Shown here one piece after another: positions 17,603-30,722 of a stretch of DNA of 64,000 nt. The first letter of the stretch is position 1; the number at the start of each line of letters is the position of its first letter. Below the pieces are notes generated by a model. That model saw only the letters and a program-made list of their open reading frames with translations. It had not been told where the DNA came from and ran no database searches. The stretch spans positions 9,734,001 to 9,798,000 of the forward strand of contig CM102283.1 of NCBI GenBank assembly GCA_046563655.1. Reading direction: 5' to 3'. The DNA comes from Yuukianura sp. NJ FZ-2021 (taxonomy: Eukaryota). The position numbers and the translations under genes are program-made.

Positions 17603-19093
17603 CTAAAATACGCGATCGCGGTATCCAACATCTGTGACTGGTTTGGTTGGCGGTGCTGCTGGAGGTACGACAGGACGAGCAGCTCCTGGTGCCGCAGCTA
17701 CTCTGCGTGGTGGTGCGAGGTACTCGAACATTGACTGATTGTGATGCTGCAACATGTTGGCCAAGTCCATGGGCATTGGATCTGTCCAGAAGAAGTCATG
17801 GTTCAGAGCAGTGTCAGCATCTACTCGTTTTGAAGGGTCAAGCGTCAGGAGTTTATCTAGAAGGTCACAGGCACAAACGTCCTTCACATAATACTTCAGA
17901 CGGTCTCGAACCTATTAGAAACAATTAATCACGAATTCATTTCAATTAGTCAATTAGTTTACTTGAATTATGACCAACCTTCCTCTTTTGTCCTTTCGGT
18001 AACTCTAGTTTGTTGTACAAGTCCAAGTTCTCCACTCCTGGCCACACTTCGGGCGTTATTGACCCGCAAAGCTGCGTGATGTACTGGATCTGCTGTTGTT
18101 CTGTGGATCCTTGCATTATGGGAGCTCGTGTCCACATCTCAGCCATTATGCATCCGGCTACATAACAATTTAGCGGCGTAATGACTCAAACGTTTACAAA
18201 CGATAAAAAATCGACGAAAGAACATACCGCCCCACAAGTCAATTGCTGGTCCATAGTTACGTTCTCCTAAAAGTAACTCTGGTGGACGGTACCAAAGTGT
18301 GACGACACGATTCGTGTACCGATTTGGAGCGGCTTTGCTTGCACTATAAGCTCTGGCCAACCCAAAGTCAGCCAACTTCAATATACCCTGCTTCGTCAGC
18401 AGTACATTGGCGGCCTTCATGTCCCGATGAATGATCTGTTATGAAAAATATACTAAGCATATGCTGCATTTCCATTAGCACTTTTTCGACGAGTGTGAAA
18501 ATGAGCGAACCTTGTTGGTGTGAATGTAGTACAATCCGTTGAGAAGTTGTTGAATGATACGCTTGATTTCACCCAAAGAAAACTTAACGTTGACATTGGA
18601 CAAGAGGCCGGCCAAGTCATGATCACAAAAATCAAACACGAGGTAGAAAGTGCTTCGATAACTGTTGTGTGCTACAGGGCGAGTTCGACAAATCTCGATC
18701 AGATTGACAACGTTGTCGTGTTTGAGTAACTGCAGAATCTTCAATTCCCGCAACGCAGTGATTGGAAATCCTTCCTTTTCATTTTCCATTAAGATTTTCT
18801 TTAGAGCCACAATCTTCTTCCCCTGTTTTTGCTTTGCCTTGAACACCTCCCTAAACACACAATACAACTTTTGATTAACTGCTTAATCTTTAATCGTATT
18901 CGTAATAAGGAAAACAAACATACCCAAATGTCCCTTGGCCAATTTTTGAGATCTTTTCATACTTGGAGACGTCATCACAGTAAGGAAAGTCAAAGTTCTC
19001 TATGTATTGTTGACGATCCACCGGTGGATGATGCGGAGTTGAAGAGTGATGATGTGGGGGTGGTGCTGAAGTGGAACTGGAACTCATCGTCAT
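17603..19093 (-). CDS. Cdk9: Cyclin-dependent kinase 9 (P-TEFb kinase)
   Basis: [66 protein letters not shown], and C-terminal YRDRVF. Confidence 0.97.
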
Positions 19094-19731
19094 TCGGACT
19101 CTACAATTTTGAAGAAACGTACTGGTTAACGTAGTACCTTGATTAATCGTCGATCTTTCTCCTACACAAATAAGATCAGATTACAATTTGTTAAGTCCAG
19201 TAGATTTTACAAACTTACTCTACACTTTATGGCCAAACATGTGAGGAATGAGCTTTAGAGAATACTTACAACGTAATTGACGCAATGGTGACCTAAAAGT
19301 CCAAGGAAGGGCTCGTACTTTTCGATAAAATTCGAAAATTTGCGAAAACGAAAATCTTTGTCCTCAATTTGTCTTTTGTCAACAAAATTAAAATTCCGAA
19401 ATTCGTAATTTGCGAATTTCAAAAAAAATAAGTCAAATTTGAATTTCGCGGGCTGAGAATTTGTTGACAGAATGGCGGGAAATATTTTTCAAGGGTTAAA
19501 TTTCTCGTTCAATTTGAAAAAAATATTTTGGTTGCAGTAAGCTTTAAAGCTGCTCTTTGTAACGGCACAGTGTAGCCACCACGGCAATCTTCTTTGTTCT
19601 GTGGCTATAATAGGTGGCGGCTACAATAACTGTGGTTGACCCTTACGGCCTCCAAAATTTTTGGTGTTTGAATGGCAAATTTCGTAAAAAGTAAAAATTA
19701 AAAAGTAAAAGTTAAAAATTAAAAATTAAAA

Positions 19732-20342
19732 ATGTCAGACTCATCAGAGCCACTTCCCAAAGGGTGGGAGAAACGCGTATCCAGGTCAAATGGTAACTTT
19801 CTGTCAAAATTAATCCCAGCGTTTATGTATTAACGTCAACGATTTGTAATCGTTTTTAGGACAAGCATACTATTTGAACATGTACACAAAGGAGAGTCAA
19901 TGGGACGTTCCGACGATGGATGCTGCTCCAGGGAGTCCTTCTGGACCGAAGAGAGTAACCACAAGTCACTTGCTAGTTAAGCACAGAGACTCTCGCAGAC
20001 CTTCGTCTTGGTAAGTCCACATGACCTTTGACCTTGACCTGGAAATCATGGTATCCTTTTTGTAACAGGCGGGAGGAGGTAATCACAAGGACTAAAGAGG
20101 AAGCTCTTGCATTGGTTGAGGGATATCGATCTCAAATTGAGAATGGAGAAAAGTCATTTGGAGAGCTGGCAGCCGCTTACTCCGATTGCTCTTCTGCTAA
20201 ACGCGGGGGTGACTTGGGGGAATTCGGACGTGGTGCAATGCAGAAACCATTTGAAGATGCTTCCTTTGCTCTCCCAGTTGGACACATGTCTGGACCCGTT
20301 TTTACAGACTCGGGAGTTCACATCATCCTCCGAACTGCTTGA
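19732..20342 (+). CDS. Pin1: Peptidyl-prolyl isomerase Pin1/dodo (WW + parvulin)
   Basis: [31 protein letters not shown] (WW), [16 protein letters not shown], and [29 protein letters not shown]...SGVHII. Confidence 0.97.
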
Positions 20343-20584
20343 TATTCCACTTGACCTCTGCAATTCGTACGACATTGCTATTTAAAAGGACTACACTTGG
20401 CATTTCTTTTCTTTCATTTTTGACAATGTAATTTAATTATTTCTGTTATTATTCAGTTGACTCTTGATTAAAAAGAATACACTCCTGTTGCTTTATCGAA
20501 TTGAACGTTGTTAATAGCGAGAGACGGGAAGGCATGAGTTAAGGTGGGTTGAGATGAACGGGATGCTCTGAGGTATTGGATCCA

Positions 20585-21668
20585 TCATTTCTTGGGCTGG
20601 AAGTTCAGTGATAGAGAGTTTACGCAGAAGCGTTCTCCAGTAGGCTGCGGTCCATCGTCAAAAACATGTCCCAAGTGAGCATCGCACTGAAAGTACACAA
20701 ATCACTAACGTCAGAGTTGATTTAAATCGTGGGGAAGATCCAAGGTTGGTTTTAACTTACATTTTTGCAAACAATTTCAACCCGTGTCATGCCCATGGAG
20801 TCGTCTGGCCGCCTACCAACTCCAGTCTCTCCCTTTGATTCAGCATTTTTCAAGGATTCGTAGAATGATGGCCAACCGCTACCCGATTCGTACTTGGCCT
20901 TTGAGCTGGAAGTTCAAATCATCGTTTCATGAGAGTGTTCAGACAAGTTTAAGTTTATAAGACGAGCATTTCACCTGAATAGTTCAGCATCGCAGCAGAC
21001 ACAGGTATAAACCCCGTCATCCTTGTGCTTATAGTACTTTCCAGAAAAGGGCTAAAAGAAAAGTTGATCAATTAGTTCGGAAGTAATTGAATTAACCATA
21101 AGAAATTGGTTGAATTACAGGTTCAGTTCCTCTCTCCCGTGCAATATGAAACTGATCTTCAGTTAGCTTTGACCTCCACTTCTCGTCATCGGCTGTGGTG
21201 GAGTAGTTTGAGGGGCCTCCGGCACATGAATATGCTCCTGTCCTTGGACACGACGACTCTTCCGAACCAGACATCTTAATCCTTCCTGCAGTCAAAATCA
21301 AACAAGCACGAGTTAATCTTTTGTTTATCTAGTTTGTTCATAATATGTGGAATTTATAATATGATCAATGACCTTCCGGTATGACTAACCAGTAATCGAA
21401 ACGTACTTAAATCTACTAAGTGAACGAAGTGTTAGAAGTTGAAACTGGCGAACAGTGTTAGTAGTGACTAGTCTTGTAAACATTCTGATCAATAATCCTT
21501 ATCCACTGATTCCAAATTGAGGAAAAATCGCCAAATTGTATTTCATGTCAGTTCCAGCAATTAAAACCAAGTTCCCACGCTTAACTTTAATTAGCACAAT
21601 GGGATTAAACCCACGATTAATTCGATCTTACCTGCTGTTTGTCGGTCTTTTGAATTGGACAGGCCCAT
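20585..21668 (-). CDS. MsrB: Methionine-R-sulfoxide reductase B (SelR family, Cys type)
   Basis: [59 protein letters not shown]. An upstream in-frame exon at 21632-21668 encodes [12 protein letters not shown]. An alternative ATG lies at 21274. Confidence 0.93.
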
Positions 21669-22060
21669 ATAGTGACTCACTATCAGCAGTAAGTATAGCG
21701 AAGCTTCTTACGGTACTACGACTACGAGAGGTCACTGGCCACTCAGAGAACCAGTGTCGGTGTGCCTAATGTAAATTTGGGAATGATGGAACAATTTTGT
21801 TACACTGTTAAAAGTTTCACTTTTTGCGTAATCAGTTAATCATTTAACACTTTCTAATTCTTATCACTGTCAATTTTTACATGGGTCAATTTGTGTCATG
21901 GGTGTAACAGAGTTGTGACAACAAATACAAAAAGGCGCCAAAGTCAAACTGAATTTATTCGAATGAAACAATTCGAAATATTTTTTTTTTTTGCTCTTTT
22001 GAATTTTGATCTTGCTGATTTAATTGTTAATTAGTTGATTGATTTAAGTTTGCTTAAGCA

Positions 22061-25000
22061 ATGTCGGATGAGGAAGTTGAACGTTTTGAAATCACAGACT
22101 ACGATCTTGAAACTGAATTTAATCCGGGGAAGTTCAGGAAGAGGCAGAGCAAACATTCAGCAACTTATGGTAAGATCATCAATGTGAATATGAAACATCA
22201 TGCATAATTGAAAACGAGGTCATGCTAATTAGTATAATTGTTGTTTTGTAGGTGTTTTTGCACCAGACAGTGACGATGATGATGGAGGAGGCGGAAGTCG
22301 TCCAGGATTCGGAAGGAGAGGGAAGGAGCGTAGCAGTGGTTACTCCAGCGGTGTCGCTTTTGTTTCGGCTGGAATTCAGAAACCGGCGGAAAAGCCTGCA
22401 GTTAACGTAGAAGAAAAGGGGCAGAATGAGCCAAGCGTCAAATCATCGGACAGTTCCAGGTATTAGACAAATCTAACCTTTCCTTATTCACATTTCAACT
22501 TGGAAAAAATCGTGACTAAAACGTTTTATTTTTTTTCAGTGAAGAAGAGTTCCAAGTAATACCAAAGTCTTTCGGTGGAAGAGGCAGAGGAATGCAAGAC
22601 TTTGGTGAAATTGCTGGTCTCCGGAAACAGAATAGCAGTGGAAGAGGGAAAACCGGGGCTTACGGCATCGGAGAAAAGTTGGCACTCAAGATGGGCTACC
22701 AGCCTGGAAAAGGGCTAGGAAAAGAATTGCAAGGAATCGCTGCGCCAATTGAGGCTGTTGTACGTAAAGGAAGAGGAGCCATTGGATTGTACGGGAAGGA
22801 AGCCAAAGTTCAACCCTCGGAAACACCATTTGCTGCTCCTGACAAACCTGCAGTAGCAAAGAATACTGCTCGAGAACAGAAATGGCAAAAGTTTAAAGAC
22901 GTTGATGCTGCCAGTACTTCCAAGAAGAAAAAAGATACTGTCGAGTATCGGTATATGAGTGCAGATGAAGTTCTGGAATCAAGGCAGCTTCATGTTCGTC
23001 CTGATGCTGGGTATGTAGTTGGAAATTCAAAATCGTAGATTCTGATTCTGAAACTTCTTACTGAAATTGAACTTTTTTGATATTTTTAGACACTTGGCTA
23101 AGACGAAAGTGATTGATATGACCGGAACAGAGACGAGGATTCTGAGTGGGTATCACGCAATCTCAGGACAGAGAAGACCGGATGACCAATGGGACGAGTC
23201 CAGAAGAAACGAAAAACTGAGACAGCAGAAGAGTGCATTCGACATGCCCGAACTAATCCACAATGTCAACTTGCTTCTTGACTCGTGTGAACAAGTAAGC
23301 AATTAACTACAAAGTTTAAGCAACTTAACTCTAACTACTTCAAAATAGACATGAACTACAACTTTTACTTATTTTTTAGGATATTTTGAAAAATGACAAG
23401 AAGACTAAGTACGCCTCAGATCGTCAAGTGACTATAAAGCAAGAGACAAGCAGACTTGCCCGAATAATTGAGCAAGAGAACACAGAAATTGAAAATCTGG
23501 AGGTTCTTATGCGAGAAATCAAGTGTCTCTGTGCTACTGAAAAGTCAGCTGACTTGCAAAGTCTGTTTATAGCTCTGGGAAGACTACAAGTAAGTTCACT
23601 TTCTTCGGTTCAAATTAATCAATAATCATTCAATTAACTGTGACAATATTTTTAGAGAGACTACGAAGACTACTGGGAGATGGATCAACTTTATACTCTT
23701 GTTCCAGCTTTAATCGTCCCGAAATTGAAAAATCAGCTGATCAATGTCAATCTCCTCTCATCTTCTCGGGAAGTTTACAACTTATTTTCTGATTGGCGCA
23801 ATCTGCTATCCACTCATCATGAAACGTTCGACACAGTGATGTGGGAAGCTTGGATGCCCACTTTTCGTCAAGCATTTGGATACTGGAATGTGAAGGATGC
23901 TGATTCAATGCTAAATGTAATTGAAAACTGGAAACCGTTGTTACCTGGATGGATATTCCAGAATATTTTGGAGCAGATGATTCTTCCGAAGATTAACGAA
24001 GGAGTTGAAGCTTGGGATCCACTTTCAGACAACATTCCAATCCACGCTTGGATTCATCCCTGGCTCCCTATACTTGGTAAGTTAACGTCAAAATAAACGT
24101 TTAAATGCGTTTTTGTTTGAAAATGGAAAGTAATTGACATTCCTTTTGGTTCCATGCCATTGTTTCAAATGAATTGTTTCAAATCGAATTGCTTCAAATG
24201 AATTGTTTCAAATCGAATTGTTTCAAAAGGTAAATTGTTTCAATAGGTAAATTGTTTCAAACAAAATTGTTTCTAAAAAAATTGTTTCAAATGGCCAATT
24301 GTTTCAAACGGTAAATTGTTTCAAACAGAATTTTTTCTAAAAAAAATTGTTTCAAATGACCAATTGCTTCTAAAGGTAAATTGTTTCAAAAAAAATTGTT
24401 TCTAAAAACAAAAGTTGTTTCTTCTAAACCCAAATTGCTTCTAAAGAGAAATTGCTTTTAAAAATAATTTCAAATTAACGAACTAGATAACAACTTAGAT
24501 GTTTGTTCAAAAAATGTTTATTTTAAACAAAATCAAATACCATTATCCAAAAAATGTGACAACAAAAACATGAGCAACAATGGCTATCCGAAGTAAGCAA
24601 GCGCGAAATGAACAAATCCAATTCAACTTAAATTAATTAAAAATTACGAAAATCCTCGACAATTTTCAAAAGTCGAACTAACAAGGTCACGATACTTCAT
24701 CTAAAAGTTTTTTTTTTTAAATAAATATTTTTAACAGCACTTTCCCTTTAGAACCAATTGGCCATTAGAAACAATTTTTTTTGAAACAATTTTCCTTTTG
24801 AAACAATTGGTCATTTGAAACAATTTTTTTTTAGAAACAATTCTGTTTGAAACAATTTACCGTTTGAAACAATTGGCCATTTGAAACAATTTTTTTAGAA
24901 ACAATTTTGTTTGAAACAATTTACCTTTTGAAACAATTTACCCTTTGAAACAATTCGATTTGAAACAATTCATTTGAAGCAATTCGATTTGAAACATTTC

Positions 25001-26009
25001 ATTTGAAACAATGGCGTGCTCCCTTCCTTTTCAGGAGCTCGACTGGAAATAGTTTATCCAACGATTCGTAGAAAGTTAGCGAATGCTTTGGTTCACTGGC
25101 ATCCGAGTGACGTCTCGGGCAAACAGATACTGACTCCATGGGTGTCAGTTTTTAGTCCTGGTGCTATGGACACTTTTCTACTGAAGAACATCATGCCAAA
25201 GCTACAAGTCGCCCTGCAGCAATTGGTTATCAATCCAAGTCAACAAGTATTAGGTAACTTCTGATTAATTAACTTCAATTAACTTAAAACTTAACGTTAG
25301 ATTAACGTTTTCCTTGATTGTGTTGTAGATCCTTGGAAGTGGGTGATGGAGTGGCAGGATCTGATTCCTACCAAGGCCATGGTGACTCTGTTGGAGTCTT
25401 TCTTCTTTCCGAAGTGGCATCAGTTTCTCATTGGATGGCTCAACCAACGGCCCAACTTTGAGCAAGTATTCCACTGGTACACTTGGTGGAGAAACGTCAT
25501 TCCAGAACTTTTCATGAGAGATCCCGTTGTTACAGGTAAGGAATTTTCCAATTACTAATTTAAACAACCTCCAAACTTTAGGTTTGGGAGTTTATAATGC
25601 TGATCTTTGGTTTTGTTTTTTAGATAACATCCAGAAGGCTCTGCAGATGATCAACGCAGCGATTCAAGCTCCAGGTCAAGTCATTGACTACAACTTCATC
25701 CTCAGCTCCAGTCAACCAATGGCTGGAATTCCTCAACCGCCTCAGCCAATGGGAGGACAGCAAGCATTGGCCGATGCTCTCCGAATGACTGCCCAAGTTC
25801 CAAATGGATTCAGAGACTTGGTTCAGATGAAGTGCGAGGAACTGGGACTTCTCTTCCTGCCCATTCCGAATCGCTACTACGAAGGGAAGCAAGTTTATAA
25901 GTGTGGAAATGCACTCATCTACATCTCAGCGAATGTCATTTATGTCAACAAAGATGGTCTCTGGACGCCCACTTCGCTTCATCAGATGATCAACTACGCA
26001 GCGTCTTAA
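22061..26009 (+). CDS. TFIP11: Tuftelin-interacting protein 11 / septin-interacting protein 1 (G-patch spliceosome disassembly factor)
   Basis: MSDEEVERFEITDYDL, G-patch GIGEKLALKMGYQPGKGLGKELQGI, KVIDMTG, PELIHN, WDPLSDNIPIHAWIHPWLP, FFPKW. Confidence 0.95.
24148..25023. mobile_element. Non-autonomous foldback/Mutator-like element in a TFIP11 intron; ~280-bp TIRs built from AATTGTTTCAAA units
   Basis: Ends are GGTTCCATGCCATTGTTTCAAATG / CATTTGAAACAATGGCGTGCTCCC with mirrored tandem arrays. An 8-bp TSD, TTCCTTTT, lies at 24140-24147 and 25024-25031. Confidence 0.88.
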
Positions 26010-26188
26010 GCAGTCCAAAAACGATAAGTTTTTCCTGTTTTTGTGTACTAACTGTTACCGATTTATTACATTATCGCAAGAACGATAGCAGAGAGGAAAT
26101 GAGTAAAAGGAATTAATTACTTTTGTAACGCGAATCTAACAATAAAAGTTATCTGATTTGAAGAATGTGATTATCTTGGCTTCTGATT

Positions 26189-27743
26189 TCATTTCTCTGA
26201 GGGTTTGGGATTTGCAAAAGTGTATTCATACTTTAAACGATCGCCAAGGTCGTTAATCCTGGAAAAGAAAGAAACGCGTTAAATACTTGTCCGGATGGAA
26301 TGTAATCTGTGTATGTTTTACTTGTGAAGGTCCTTATTCAAATCCACCAAAACAATCTCAGCAGTTGGGAACGGCAGAAAGTCTGGATCCAGTTTGTCTC
26401 GCATGATGATGGCATTGAACTCGTGTCCCTCAACTTGTTTTTTGAATTTGGCGCACTCAGCTTCCGTCCAAGGTTTGCTTGTTACCACTACAAAACATAA
26501 CGTTTTGTGAACGTTTAGTTTAAATAGAGATAGAATTAGGTTTTTACTCTGCAATGAGGCATGGAGAGCCTGCATGGGAGCTTGGCAGAAAACTCTGCGA
26601 ATATGCTGCAAGTGCTTCAACGGTACTGACATGATCCCACCATCGTCCAGCAGTTGAACACGAACGGTAATGTGAGGGGTCCAGTCCAGCAGAATAACTC
26701 TGTAATTCGTCACTTTGGTTACAAAACTTTACGACATCACGACATTTTTTACGACATCACGACATTTTTTACGACGTTTTAGTTATTGAATACGATTTTA
26801 CCGGTGCCAATTGCAATCAAGTGAGCACAAGGCGACATAGTGACCGCCCTTGACCAGATCGCGTTCTCGGAGGTCCGGTTTGGCCATTGCGGCTACCGTC
26901 TGATCATACCAGGAACTGAGCTTGCCCTGGAATACTCCAAACGCCTTAGCATCACTGTTTTGATTCAACTTGATCTAAAACAATAAAAAGCAGTATTAGA
27001 ACTTATAGAATGTGAAAGCTTAGAGCTCTTACGAAAAAGTTGTCCGGCCCCTTGACATGGTCCACCACAACTACTGGAAGAAATGGAAGAAGTTCTGGAA
27101 TCGGAACAGGATGAGATGCGGGATCTTCGTAGTCGTACTCCATATTTGAATAGACGTCGCCCAATAGAAGTTTTCCAAATTCCTCCACAAGTGGATCCTC
27201 CGGACAATCCACATCTAAACAAAAACAAAAACGGTTAAATGCGTACCATAACTTTAGAGTGTTTTATGGGAGTGAGTTACCCAAAAGTGATTCGTTCTGA
27301 ATGGAAAATGCTGTTAGAAAACGGCCATTTTCATTGTCAGTGGGCACACCGTCCGTTGTCACTTCCTTGAGTTTCCAGTTCCTTATCTAAATCGCAATAG
27401 TGACAGTTTAGTATTAAATTAGCACAAATATCACTATTATTAACTGCGAGTATTGAAAAATTACCTGCTCTTTCTTGTTGGCATCTTGGACGGAGTGACT
27501 AATTCGAGCTCTGTCACATTCCTTCTGATCGTTTGGTCCTGTTTTTGGTAGTACTGGATGTGACTCTGCTGGTGTCTTCACATTGTCAATGTTGGTATCC
27601 TGTTGTGCTGCCAAGTATCCTGTTATGCTGGATGTGCTGCCAGTATAAGGTCGTGGTGTCCTAGAGACACGTTCAGGTTCAGGCGATGATCTGGGTAAGT
27701 AGTAGGCTCCAAATGGAACGCCGCCACGGCCACGCCCAGCCAT
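26189..27743 (-). CDS. Single extended-Tudor domain protein with N-terminal GRGRGG
   Basis: PVVVVDHVKGPDNFFV...ALCSLDCNWHR-VILL...VRVQLLDDGGIMSVPLKHLQHI...FCQAPMQALHASL...KPWTEAECAKFKK matches the extended Tudor (SN-Tudor) pattern. Confidence 0.75.
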
Positions 27744-28546
27744 AATCAATTTACGTACGACGTCCGGGTGTTGAAGACACTAAAAGTTAAGAAAGCAAGA
27801 AGTTAATTAGTAATTGCAATGGATAAACACGATGAAGATTAACTCAATGAGAAGAGACCAACAGCGGCTGATCTCAGAATGAGAAAAAAAATGAGAGAGG
27901 AATAAGAAAAATGTAAGGGAGATACGCATGTGTGAGATCACTTTCTGTGATTGGTCGTTTTGATGGCGCGTATTTCGAATTGAATTTCAAACGGCGCGAA
28001 CTGACAACTTAAGAAACGTTTTGTTTACGTTCTAAAAAGAAACTCCTGTTTAGAACACGAAGCTGGCATCAACAACAATCAAGTTTTATGCAAGTCACAA
28101 TCATTTACTCACCAACTTTTGTAACTTTTTACATTGGCGTCATCAACATCAAAGCGAATTGCGTTTACGATTATGCAAGATTGTGGTAGCGAGGAACTTC
28201 TTTGGTTCAACGCCTTTTTTGAATAAATTGAAGACGTTAACTTAAACCCCTAACTTACAAAATGATAAAGACTAGTTAAATTAGTATTAGATTAGACTAG
28301 TTATTAGATTATTGTCATGAAAAGGAGTAATTAAATGATCAATATCTAAGATTAATGTAAGCAAAAGGAAAAATTAATTGCATATACGACATTGAACTTA
28401 TGCAAAGTTGAAGTTGCGACTTGTCGTTTTAGTGGTAGAAAGTAAATGATAAATGAGAGTATTCATAATGGAGAAGTATTAGTTTGGAATTGGCGTTGTG
28501 ATGTTATCTTCTGACTGAGGACTTGAATATCACAGTTGCTGTTTTG

Positions 28547-29939
28547 TTAACGGTCCACAGTGAAGACAAGAACTTGATAGTCATGGCACAGATACAGTTG
28601 CTGACCAACCCCGACGTAGCAGCCTTGGGAACTTGGTTGAACTGGAATTATTAAAAAGTAAGTTGTGAAAATGACAATTTGAATAAGCAATGCACATCAG
28701 AGGTGTAGAAATTACCAAATCCTGGGATATACTGTCCGTTCATTTGAGCCCGGCCAACGTAGACGTCTTCATGATCTGGACTCTGTCCACCGCTCACTGC
28801 ACTCACTGGCACAATGCCCCAACTTGCGTCCACCCATTTCACCGTATCTGGGACAGCTACGAGCACCTAAGTACGAAAAAATCACTAAATTCTTTAAAAT
28901 TCCGGTACTAACTTTGCTAAAATTGCTTAGGTTTACCTCGTAGTACCATTTCTTCTGACATCCGTGCTACAAAAGAAACAGCTTTTCAGTAATGATTTCA
29001 ATTTTTGAAAAAATTGTTTTAATTCTTTACCCAATAAACGTATGCGGCTCTTTCGGCTGGAATTAGTCTGCCCAAGATAAGTCTGCTGCCTTGATAGGCT
29101 CTTGCGATGTACACAGGACGACCACCGGACTCACCCGCAATAACAGCATCGTGGTCCGGATACTGCCCGTTCTTACCCTTGATCCAACTGACGAATTCAA
29201 AATCAGCGAATTCAGAAGAGGAATTAATGCTTGCGTAATCGTCGTTGCTGTTTTCGTCATCATCTCCAAGGAGCTGCGGGGAACTTGGAGGTTTATACTT
29301 TTGTAAAATACGATCCACTATCACGTCAGACGCAGGAATTCCAGAACCAGGGCTATAAATTATAAGTAAAGAGCAGACTACTAAAGTGTAATGATTAAAA
29401 ATAGAAGTTTTTACCGAAATTCACATTTTCGCAAATGTTCTCGGAAACCTTCCCCTGAAACGACGGCGGAACAGCCTCGACTCTTGTAGTGGCAGTGGAA
29501 TTTGGAGTTGAGGATGAGAGACTCGAGTGGATAGTTGCGGCCTTCAGTGTAGTCGGCCTTGCATAAAGCACAATTGGTCAATTTTGGTCTACAGTTGCTA
29601 CAAACGGAGTGTCCACTGGTGCAATTGTAAATTGGTGGATAAGGAATCTCTTTGCACACAGGACACTCCATGGTTTTCATAATTTCATTGGAAGACGGCA
29701 GCTCAGAAAGTTCACCGAACTCGCTAAAAAATCAACCCAAAGCGATTATGCACAAACTACACTGTGTGTGTCCAGTAGGTAACTTACATTGCGGGTATTG
29801 CCGATTCAGAGTTAGAAGGTGTTGAGCAAGAAAACGAATCTCCGGAACCATATCTTCCTGATGGTGGTGACAGACTCAGATTGAAGCTTAAGCCAAAGGA
29901 TGATGAAGGTGGACTCGCATCGGAAATTACACTGTACAT
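28547..29939 (-). CDS. Sina/SIAH-type RING + zinc finger fused to two DM9 (DUF3421) repeats
   Basis: CPVCKEIPYPPIYNCTSGHSVCSNCRPKLTNCALC...RNYPLE...CHYKSRGC...HLRKCEFR is the Sina N-terminus. DM9 repeats follow: WIKGKNGQYP..AVIAG...VYIARA...LGRL and WVDASWGIVPVSAVSGG...VYVGRA...IPG...YQVL. Confidence 0.8.
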
Positions 29940-30570
29940 TCCTTCCAGAAGTAAGCCAAGTGCTCAACGTAGACTAGGAACCAGATCCCTAACAAATAAA
30001 TAACAACATTATGTGATGGATTCAACAAGGGATAAAGTTCAAAACTTACTCTAAAAATTTTGTGACGATTGTAAAGTTGGGATTAACTCGGAAGCGTTGC
30101 AATCTCTCCGGTGTTGAAGTTACAACCGAGTAATTGATTAAATGCTAAGATAATTCTAAGTTTTACGGAACGTAGGATCAATGACCTTTGACCTTGTAGA
30201 CTAATTATTAATTGGACGCAGTTCCTACGTTCCTTCCTCTCTGGTGCCCTTTTGCTGTTTGTTTTCGCTTCGTTTTTATATTTTTTTCAACCTGTCACAA
30301 AAATTAAATATTTTCAATTCAAAACTGCCGCTTATTTTGTCTCACCCGAAAAACGCATTATAATATCTTGCGACAATAGTAACACCCGTACTGTTTTATC
30401 GAAAACAATCTTAACGCTGTTTTATTAAATGGTACTTTCAATGATTATTAGATTTTATAGTAATTATCAATTAAGGAACTAATTAAATGTGTCAAATTTT
30501 ATACCATATGTAAACTTACATTCATAGATTATAATGAAATAAGTGAAATATGTAGGATGCTCTCAACATC

Positions 30571-30642
30571 GGCTCTATGGTGTAATGGTTAGCACGTTGG
30601 ACTTTGAATCCAGAGATCCCAGTTCAATCCTGGGTAGAGCCT
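30571..30642 (+). tRNA. tRNA-Gln (TTG)
   Basis: Acceptor stem GGCTCTA/TAGAGCC, D-arm GTGTAATGGTTAGCAC, anticodon arm TTGGA-CTTTGAA-TCCAG, and T-arm CCCAG-TTCAATC-CTGGG. An oligo-T Pol III terminator lies at 30650-30661. Confidence 0.93.
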
Positions 30643-30722
30643 GGGAAATCTTTTTTTTTTTAATTTTTTGCAGTATATTACTTGTTAAAGGTGGAAAATT
30701 TGACTGTTTAAGTAGCAGAAAT

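Noticed and set aside
20468..20587. Selenocysteine or readthrough at the MsrB TGA
   Set aside because: The catalytic position is Cys (RFCVN), the TGA falls at the normal C-terminus, and I could not recognise a SECIS.
26728..26777. Short tandem duplication TTTACGACATCACGACATTT in a Tudor gene intron
   Set aside because: About 2.5 copies of a ~21-bp unit, consistent with ordinary slippage.
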